64,000 bases of DNA from Salisapilia sapeloensis CBS 127946 (taxonomy: Eukaryota; Protista; Oomycota): contig JAADVB010000044.1 in NCBI GenBank assembly GCA_023334545.1, positions 1 to 64,000 on the forward strand. The letters are read 5' to 3'. Below, piece after piece: positions 56,219-64,000 of the stretch (positions within the stretch are counted from its first letter, which is position 1; every line of letters starts with the position of its first letter). Below the pieces are notes generated by a model, which was given only the letters and a program-made list of their open reading frames with translations, had not been told where the DNA came from and made no database searches. Position numbers and translations under genes: made by a program.

Positions 56219-59200
56219 ATGTTCCGTCTGGATGCACCGTTGGAACCGGCGATTGCAGCCTACTGTGATCCAGAAGGAGAGGATGCGACGCAAAAGACGA
56301 GCTTAAACAATATTGTCATGCAGCTACATCGGAATGTACCGATGGAAAAGCTAGTGGAGAAGCTAGGACCTTATTTGACGCATGCTGACGGCCATGCTCG
56401 CCAACGAGCTACTTTATTACTTGCTGAAGTACTCCATCGACTCCCAGAATTGCCACTAAGCACCTCTGCTGCTGCACTATTGCTCAACTTCTTTACGGAG
56501 CGTCTACGCGATTTCCCTAGTGCCGATGCTTGTCTCCAAGCTCTGCTGGCTTTGGAGACGCATCATGCGAGTAAACTGCCTTCTCCAGCGTCTAGTCTTG
56601 AATTAGTACACAAAGTCGTCACGTCTCTCCATGTACCACAGCTGGGCCAAGCCATGCGTAAGCAATGCTTTGAGCTGATGCAGGCAGCCGTCCAACGTCC
56701 AGAGGTGGTCAAGCTGTTGTTGACCGAAGGATCCGAGGCAGGAGATGGCAGCGAACCTGCTGACAGCCCTGGTAAGATGTTTGTCTTGGGCTTTTTGAAC
56801 TCGATGGAGGGAGAGAAAGATCCGCGGAATCTGCTTCTGTGTCTCCAAGTGGCGCGAGAGCTCGCAACGCGTCTCGAGCCGGTGTTTGAGCGCCATGAAG
56901 AGCTAAGGCAGCAGTATTTTGATGTCATCTCGTGCTACTTCCCCATCACATTCACTCCGCCTCCAAACGATCCGTACGGGATCACGACGGAAGAGCTTAT
57001 CCTATCCTTGCGTCGAGCCTTGGCCGCAAGTAGCCTCTTTGCCGCCTACGTCCTTCCGTTTTTACTAGAGAAATTGTCGTCGACACCAGTCATGGAAGCC
57101 AAATTAGATGCACTTCAGACGCTCGTGTTCTGTGGCGACAGCTACTCTGTCAGCTCGATGCTGCTACATCTAAATGCCATCACACAATCGCTGTACTATG
57201 AAGTCGTGAAAGGCGAGCAGAAAGAAGTGAATGAAGCTGCATGCGCTGCAATCTCTAGACTTACCACTACGATCGGTCGTGCGAAGAATAGAGGACATCA
57301 CGGTGGAAACTATGCGTGGAGCCAATTTGTTGTCAAGCTCGTCAGCCGTGCTTCAGCTGATCTAGACGATAATGCTGCCGACTCATTCGTCAGTACGTCT
57401 GCGGGCCGCACACTTGCAGCCGTTGCAAGTGACTCTGCGAGTGGCTTCCCTTATGTCGTAGATCAATGCATGTCCATGCTATTAGACAAGTTCGAAGCAA
57501 GCCAAAAACAGTCTGCATCTGCGTGTGAAGCGTCGTTGTCGAGAATTGCGCTGCTTGTAGACGCGATTGACCGAGATGTCGATCGTTCTGCTAGTGAACA
57601 GCCAATGCATTCACATGCTGAACGACTATTGTCTGTCCTCGACACTTTCTTACAAAGTGGTGAAGAGGTGCATAGTTCTTCTGGTGCCAAGTCTCTTGCA
57701 GTGGATGCTGTGAGTCATTTGATCACGTACCCTCCATCTCCTGTCGTATCTACATCTCAAGTACAGAACATTGTGCAGCTATTGACCAAACTGCTGCTTC
57801 TTGAACCAGCAAGTGACGTCCGACTTCATTGTCTCGTGAACCTCCAGGCGATTTCAAAGACACATGCCAACACTGGTGGAGATAAGTACGCTGAGTATGT
57901 GCAGGCGACGACGTTAGTCCAACTGATGGAAGTGATCCAACAAGCGCCGGACCATGACTCCACTCGGCAGATCTTGATGTGTTCCCGTCGATCGCACGAA
58001 GCGCTACAGAGCGACGTGTTGGACGCAACCACGTCTCTGTGTTCCGAGCCGAGTATCTTTCAAGCTGCCATCACGCGTCTCGTGTCCGTCACGTTGGATG
58101 GTGGAAACGGCCAAGCCTACTTTTTTCAAAGCCAAGAGGCAGATTCAGTCCTCCGTCGTCGCTTGAACAAGGTGCTGGCAGCAGTGGCTCAGATTGTCGA
58201 GAACGGATCGGAAGACAAGTCCAGCATGGAGTTCTGTGTGCGTGAAGGAGAGCACGGGTCCATCGTCCTGAAGCTCTTGTCCGCCATCTCCAGCACGACG
58301 TCGAGTGCAGCGGAGAAAGAGGAGGTTGTGGACGCCGCGAAGCTCGAGCCATGTGCTCGTATCTTCCGCACAGTCATGCAGAGTGTCGAGCCAGCATCGC
58401 AAGAAGTGCTGGCGAGTGCTGCCGTCGACAAGTTCCTTGCGTACCCGGTTGACGCGATGCAACCAGCTCATTTACAATTCGTGCCGCTCTTTTCTGCTGT
58501 CGTGAACTCTTGTCGACGAGGTGTCGTTTTGCCACATACGTCAGAAGTGATGAATCGACTGCTTGAACTCGCGCAAGCACACTCGTCGTCGGATAGTGTG
58601 AGCAAAGAGGCATCGTTGTCGGCTGCCAAGTCACTCGCGTCGATTGTGAACAAGATGGGCGACGGAGAAGAGTTTGATGCACTCATCCGACTCTTGTTGG
58701 ATACGAAGCTGTCCACGACGATTGCAGATGAAAGTGCGGATCATAACATGCGACTTGCAGCTCTCCAGATCTACGTCTGGGTGGCTAAGGCACTGGTCAT
58801 TCGAGGCCACAAGACACATGCGCCAGCCTGTTTGCAATTCTTGTGTCGATTCGTGACACCAGCTAGTCCGGAGGAGACATCTTCCATCAGTATGGACGTC
58901 GCCAAGAGCTTCAAGCTGCTCCTGGTTGAGTACCCTGATGTACTTAACCGCAAGTGCGGCGCAGTCGTTACGGTATGTTCGCATATTCGAATGAAGTAGT
59001 GCTCGTCTACTAACATTTATTCTATGAACAGCTTCTCTACAGCCAACGGACGTTTGGCTTTGTATTCCCACCTCTCCTCGAGTACGTGCGTAGTAGAAAA
59101 GTAGATGAATGTGTTCCTGCTCTCGTCGCGTTCTCCCACGTCATCGCGCAGTCGCCGAAAGCAGCCTACTTGCCTCAATTGCCAAGCATCTTCCCGCTAC

Positions 59201-59589
59201 TTGTGCATGCTATTAACACAGATAAGGAAGAGCTGCGTGACCCGGCCGTCCATGCGTTCAAGATCTTGCTATTCGAAAGCGTCGACAGTGCTAAGCCATT
59301 CTTGAAAGACATCTTCCCTGGCCTCCTCCTACAGGCCCAACAAGGGTACCTTGTATCATGTATTTAGCTGCGAGAAAAGAGATTAATGGTGTTGTATGTC
59401 CATAGGGGAAGTGCATTGGCGCGACATGAAGCTCTGCAGTGTGTCTCGAAGCTTGCTTCGATCCCGTATGAACTCGTGCATCCGTACAAGGTGGACATTC
59501 TCAAGAACTTGCTCAAGTGTTTGGATGATCGGAAGCGATTCGTACGTCGAGAAGCGGTGCGTGTACGCAACCAGTGGAGCGTACTATAA
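56219..59589 (+). CDS. MMS19: MMS19 / MET18 (cytosolic Fe-S assembly targeting factor; HEAT repeats)
   Basis: MEGEKDPRNLLLCL, FDVISCYFPITFTPPPNDPYGIT and C-terminal LDDRKRFVRREAVRVRNQW. Two 3' introns (about 58973-59030 and 59347-59405). Confidence 0.93.
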
Positions 59590-59640
59590 GATACAAATGG
59601 AAATGACCTGAAGAAGACCGTGTCGAGTGTATTGTTCACG

Positions 59641-60506
59641 TTAGACGACAGTGAGATCTTGCTCCTTGGCCTCCAGGAGATTGTTAATGTCGCCAATGGC
59701 TTCGTCCGTTAGTACTTGGATTTGATCCACTACTCGCTTAATGTCATCTTCCGACACTTCCTTCTTCATCGCTCGGGCTTCGTTCATAGAATCCTGTCGA
59801 GCTCGACGGACGTGCTGTCGAGCCTGTTCCCCATGCTTCCGAACTGCCTTGAGTAGATCCTTACGAGTCTCCATGGACATTCTAGTCGGGTACTGTAAGC
59901 GCGTTTATATATATGTGGAGTGAGTGTTTAAATGGTACTTTGGGAAGGTGATGTGGAGCGCCTGACCGTCCTCTCGGATCTGGTAGACTGGATTCACGCC
60001 TGCTACAGCATCCTTTACGTCCGATGCGAGCTATTTGCAGGATAGAACTAGCTAAATAGGATAGTCAAGTGCAATGGGATGAGGAATATCCTTACGGATG
60101 GATCATAAGGCGTGATGCTGAGTGCGTGGGAGCTTTGGACAGCTACTTGGGCGACTTGGGGCAATGGCACGTGCTCTCCGTAGGCCGGAATACGAAGATC
60201 GTCAAAGATACCGGCGTCGGCTTTACCAGGTCGCATCTGGGAAAGAGCGCGATTGAGGTTTTGCACTCCGCCTTGCATATTCCGACGCGTTTGGGCTAAT
60301 TGCGCTTGGAATTGCGCTTCGAGTTCATCGTCGGCATCGGCCTTGAAGTCGAATTCATCTACGGATTCTGGCGGTGCCGGGTGCGTCGGTGGCTTTTTGT
60401 TCTTGCCTTTACCAGCCTTCTTGGCAAAGAAGCGAACATTGCTAAAGGAATATGTCGCTCGACCACCACTTGTCGAGACACGAGAAGCTAATAAACGTAG
60501 GGCCAT
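59641..60506 (-). CDS. MRRF: Ribosome-recycling factor, mitochondrial
   Basis: Presequence MALRLLASRV…RFFAKK; LSQMRPGKADAGIFDDLRIPAYG…VAQV; spliced middle exons; PKxxxETRKDLLK…EQARQHVRRARQD…SEDDIKR…IQVLTD. Confidence 0.88.
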
Positions 60507-60610
60507 GTTGGATCGATTTCGAATGTTTTCTTGATATGTGGAATTTAGTGCTGGTCTATTTTGTTTATCGTCCAGAGCTAAATTGACGCGCACATCGACC
60601 ACGCGAGGTG

Positions 60611-61432
60611 ATGGTCAAGACGTACTCGCTATCGCAGCGCCTTGTGCGTGTACTGCAGACTTCGTATCGAGAAATGGACTGGTGGATGTTGCAGAATATG
60701 CCTGGTTTACCCAACACACCCGAGAAGAATGCTCGATTGAAAGAACCTCGCGTCGTGGATCTATGGGAACTCACGTGGCGTGATCATGTACGCAAATTGC
60801 AAGAGGCATGGGCAGATTACAAAGCGTCTTTTCAGGTTTATGACAAAGTAGACTTGCAAAAAGGAGCCGAGGAGCTGCGAGAAGCTGCGAAACAGTTTGG
60901 TGGTGATGTGCAGTCGAATGCTCGATCGAATATCAAGTACTTGGAAAAGGAGCTAGATGGGACGCAGTTACTTCAAAACGTTCATTACATCCGATCGACT
61001 GCTGGTAAAAACCTTGATTTCATCGCACAAGAAGCAAAACATGCGGGGGAAGAAGTGGACCCAGAGCAATTACGACAGAACGTGCAAGAGGCATTGCAAA
61101 GTGTCAAAAGCCAGGACGATGTCCAGACGACAGTGACGAAAAACCTATCTCAGCTACGTGAACTCGCGGAATCAACTCGAGACGCTGCCTTATCCATGGA
61201 AAAAGAAGACGTCGAACAGCTTAAAGGCGACGCGCAGTCGTGGTTGGCGGATAAACTTGTCGTGGGCCAAACGGTTCTCGTGGGTTTTATCGATGGGTAC
61301 AAAGAAGGCAAGCAACTTGAACTTACTCGCGAGAACCCTCTACTAGTAGATTTCGTCAAAGACACTGCACAACAGCAGTCGGATCGTTTACATGACTTTA
61401 TAGCGTCCCAACGCAGTAAGAAATCGGAATGA
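60611..61432 (+). CDS. Uncharacterised helical protein resembling the plant EMB2735 family
   Basis: Single ORF with ATG at 60611. Motifs LTWRDHVRKLQEAWADYKASF and C-terminal LVGFIDGYKEG resemble my recollection of that family (LTWxE…LKEA…YxxSW; FIxGYxEG). Confidence 0.55.
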   Translation: MVKTYSLSQRLVRVLQTSYREMDWWMLQNMPGLPNTPEKNARLKEPRVVDLWELTWRDHVRKLQEAWADYKASFQVYDKVDLQKGAEELREAAKQFGGDVQSNARSNIKYLEKELDGTQLLQNVHYIRSTAGKNLDFIAQEAKHAGEEVDPEQLRQNVQEALQSVKSQDDVQTTVTKNLSQLRELAESTRDAALSMEKEDVEQLKGDAQSWLADKLVVGQTVLVGFIDGYKEGKQLELTRENPLLVDFVKDTAQQQSDRLHDFIASQRSKKSE

Positions 61433-61521
61433 TGTAATCCTTCTTCCTTGCTGCGACCGTTGACAGATACGACTTGAAGATCGTATGGTGTTTTTTTATA
61501 AGCGACTCTAGTTCATATCCA

Positions 61522-61536
61522 CTCATTTCCACTTGT
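61522..61536 (+). promoter_or_regulatory. Possible oomycete initiator (INR) upstream of eEF2
   Basis: CTCATTTCCACTTGT about 120-130 nt upstream of the eEF2 ATG, followed by a pyrimidine-rich leader. Confidence 0.35.
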
Positions 61537-61653
61537 CTCCAGCGCGGATCTGCCACTTCCTCTTTTTCCCTCCAAGCGAGAAACAGGAAAACACCGTCTT
61601 CAAGTCTTCGTTTCTTCCCCTCCTTTGCAACCGCCTTTGAAACTCTAGTCAAC

Positions 61654-64000
61654 ATGGTTAACTTTACCGTCGAGCAGATGCGTGAGATCATGGATCAAAC
61701 GCGGAACATCCGTAACATGTCCGTGATTGCCCACGTCGACCACGGCAAGTCTACGCTTACGGACTCGCTTGTGTCCAAGGCCGGTATCATTGCCGCCAAG
61801 AACGCCGGTGAAGCTCGTTTCACCGATACGCGTGCGGATGAGCAAGAGCGATGCATTACCATCAAGTCCACCGGTATCTCGATGTTCTTCGAGTACGATA
61901 TGGACGCTGGTGAGCAAGCTATTGCCAAGAAGGTTGCCAAGGAAGAAGAGGTCAGCGAGGCTGGTGAGGTCAAGGAGCTCGAGATTTCCAAGAACTCGTA
62001 CCTTATCAACCTTATCGACTCGCCTGGTCACGTTGACTTTTCGTCGGAAGTGACGGCTGCCCTACGTGTCACGGACGGTGCCCTTGTGGTCGTTGACTGC
62101 ATTGACGGTGTCTGTGTCCAGACCGAGACGGTGCTTCGTCAGGCCATTGGTGAGCGTGTCAAGCCTGTGCTCATGATGAACAAGGTCGACCGTGCTCTTC
62201 TTGAGCTCCAGCTTGGCCCGGAAGAGTGCTACCAGTCCTTCTCCCGTGCCATTGAGTCCGTCAACGTCATCATTGCGACGTACAACGACGACAAGCTCGG
62301 TGACGTCCAGGTCTACCCGGAGGAGGGTACGGTTGCCTTCGGTTCTGGTCTCCACCAGTGGGGTTTCACGCTCAAGCGTTTCGCCCGTATCTACGCTAAG
62401 AAGTTCGGCATTGAAGAATCCAAGATGATGCAGAAGCTCTGGGGTGACTGGTACTTCGACGCTGCCAACAAGAAGTGGACGTCCAAGAACAACGCCGAGG
62501 GTACCCTCAAGCGTGCTTTCTGTCAGTTCATCATGGACCCGATCATCAAGATGTTCGACGCTATCATGAACGACAAGAAGGCCAAGATCGAGAAGATGAT
62601 GAAGGCCGTCGGTGTTGAGCTCAAGTCTGACGAGCGTGACCTTGTCGGCAAGCCGCTCCTCAAGACCACCATGCAGCGCTGGTTGCCGGCCGCTGACGCC
62701 GTTCTTGAGATGATCGTCGTTCACTTGCCGTCCCCGGTTGCCGCTCAGCGTTACCGTGTGGACAACCTGTACGAAGGTCCTCTTGATGACGAGTGTGCTA
62801 ACGCCATTCGTAACTGTGACGTCAACGGACCTCTTGTCATGTACGTGTCCAAGATGATCCCGACGTCCGACAAGGGCCGCTTCTACGGTTTCGGACGTGT
62901 CTTCGCCGGTAAGATTGCCACTGGCCAGAAGGTTCGTCTCCTCGGCCCCAACTACGTTCCGGGCAAGAAGACCGACTTGTGGGTCAAGAACATCCAGCGT
63001 ACGCTTATCATGATGGGCCGTTACGTTGAGCAGACGCCTGACATCCCGGCCGGTAACACGTGTGGTCTCGTCGGTGTCGACCAGTACCTGCTCAAGTCTG
63101 GTACGATCACGACGTCTGAGACTGGTCACAGCATCCGTACGATGAAGTTCTCTGTGTCGCCGGTTGTCCGTGTCGCCGTTGAGCCGAAGACTGCTCAGGA
63201 CCTGCCCAAGCTTGTGGAAGGTATGAAGCGTCTTTCCAAGTCTGACCCCATGGTTCTGTGTTACACGGAAGAGTCTGGTGAGCACATTATCGCCGGTGCC
63301 GGTGAACTCCACTTGGAGATCTGTCTGAAGGATCTTCAGGAAGAGTACATGGGTTCGGAGGTTAAGATCTCTGACCCGGTTGTTGCCTACCGTGAGACGA
63401 TTACGGGCGAGACGTCCATGACGATGCTCTCCAAGTCGCCGAACAAGCACAACCGTCTCTTCTGCGTTGCCTCCCCGCTGTCGGAGGACCTCGTGAACGA
63501 GATTGAAGAAGGCAAGGTCGAGGTCGGTGCTCGTTACGATATGAAGCTCCGAGCTCGTTACCTCGCGGACAACCACGAGTGGGACGTGACGGACGCTCGT
63601 AAGATCTGGGGTTACGCTCCGGATGGCACGGGACCCAACATCTTCGTCGACCAGACCAAGGGTATTTCCTACTTGAACGAAATCAAGGAGTCTGTCCTCG
63701 GCGGATTCAACTGGGCCACCAAGGACGGTGTTCTCTGTGAGGAGTACGTCCAGGGCATGCGCATCAACCTCTTGGACTGTGTGCTCCACGCCGATGCCAT
63801 TCACCGTGGTATGGGTCAGATCATGCCGACTGCCCGTCGTGTCACGTACGCGTGCCAGTTGACGGCCTCCCCTGCTCTTATGGAGCCGGTGTTCCTTGTG
63901 GACATTTCGTGCCCGCAGGACGCCATGGGTGGCTGCTACGGTGTGCTCACGCGTCGCCGTGGCCACGTCTTCTCGGAGGAGCAGCGCCCGGGTACCCCGA
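61654..64000 (+). CDS. EEF2: Translation elongation factor 2 (runs off the window end; absent from the ORF track because no stop lies in the window)
   Basis: [14 protein letters not shown]…[72 protein letters not shown] and diphthamide loop LHADAIHRG. The frame is still in register at 63961. Confidence 0.99.
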   Translation, partial: MVNFTVEQMREIMDQTRNIRNMSVIAHVDHGKSTLTDSLVSKAGIIAAKNAGEARFTDTRADEQERCITIKSTGISMFFEYDMDAGEQAIAKKVAKEEEVSEAGEVKELEISKNSYLINLIDSPGHVDFSSEVTAALRVTDGALVVVDCIDGVCVQTETVLRQAIGERVKPVLMMNKVDRALLELQLGPEECYQSFSRAIESVNVIIATYNDDKLGDVQVYPEEGTVAFGSGLHQWGFTLKRFARIYAKKFGIEESKMMQKLWGDWYFDAANKKWTSKNNAEGTLKRAFCQFIMDPIIKMFDAIMNDKKAKIEKMMKAVGVELKSDERDLVGKPLLKTTMQRWLPAADAVLEMIVVHLPSPVAAQRYRVDNLYEGPLDDECANAIRNCDVNGPLVMYVSKMIPTSDKGRFYGFGRVFAGKIATGQKVRLLGPNYVPGKKTDLWVKNIQRTLIMMGRYVEQTPDIPAGNTCGLVGVDQYLLKSGTITTSETGHSIRTMKFSVSPVVRVAVEPKTAQDLPKLVEGMKRLSKSDPMVLCYTEESGEHIIAGAGELHLEICLKDLQEEYMGSEVKISDPVVAYRETITGETSMTMLSKSPNKHNRLFCVASPLSEDLVNEIEEGKVEVGARYDMKLRARYLADNHEWDVTDARKIWGYAPDGTGPNIFVDQTKGISYLNEIKESVLGGFNWATKDGVLCEEYVQGMRINLLDCVLHADAIHRGMGQIMPTARRVTYACQLTASPALMEPVFLVDISCPQDAMGGCYGVLTRRRGHVFSEEQRPGTP

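Noticed and set aside
62062-63966. 634-aa minus-strand ORF
   Set aside because: Antisense shadow of the highly codon-biased eEF2 gene.
1-64000. Alternative genetic code or stop-codon read-through to explain fragmented ORFs
   Set aside because: Every in-frame stop I examined in conserved genes (SDHB, GSK3, FPPS, PSMA1, NAXE, STRIP, MMS19) falls inside a canonical GT-AG intron.
1-64000. CRISPR arrays, rRNA, tRNA, transposases, retroelements, RXLR/Crinkler effectors
   Set aside because: None seen. The only repeats found are short in-frame coding repeats, and the only clear signal-peptide protein is GH81.

Overview
Gene-dense eukaryotic DNA, almost certainly from an oomycete. This assignment rests on the eEF2 sequence, a secreted GH81 glucanase, a fungal-type fatty acid synthase, INR/FPR-like promoter elements and many GT-AG introns, mostly 45-70 nt. 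About 27 protein-coding genes are packed largely head-to-head and tail-to-tail, with start codons often only 100-250 nt apart. Recognisable genes: two paralogous Tudor-knot/PWWP proteins, a RING-H2 protein, an ankyrin protein, a triple-PDZ protein, SDHB, TCAIM-like, FPPS, GH81, GSK3, two LRR proteins, a FYVE-DEP protein, IMP2, CASP/COY1, an RRM protein, TTC29, proteasome alpha-6, NAXE, a 4,097-aa intronless single-chain FAS, STRIP/Far11, a p300/CBP-type HAT, MMS19, mitochondrial RRF, an EMB2735-like protein and eEF2 (runs off the end). I saw no rRNA, tRNA, CRISPR array or transposon. I found no clearly new biological system. The best leads are: (i) an inverted pair of Tudor/PWWP paralogs, the second hidden from the ORF track by four short introns; (ii) the fused FAS with tandem ACPs, a built-in PPTase and a GMSQG starter-AT motif; (iii) bidirectional pairs of apparently related mitochondrial genes (SDHB/TCAIM-like and RRF/EMB2735-like); (iv) TOS-like C-terminal motifs on two adjacent genes; and (v) a probable unannotated small gene between FAS and STRIP. 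All domain calls are motif recognition by eye, and exon boundaries were inferred manually.
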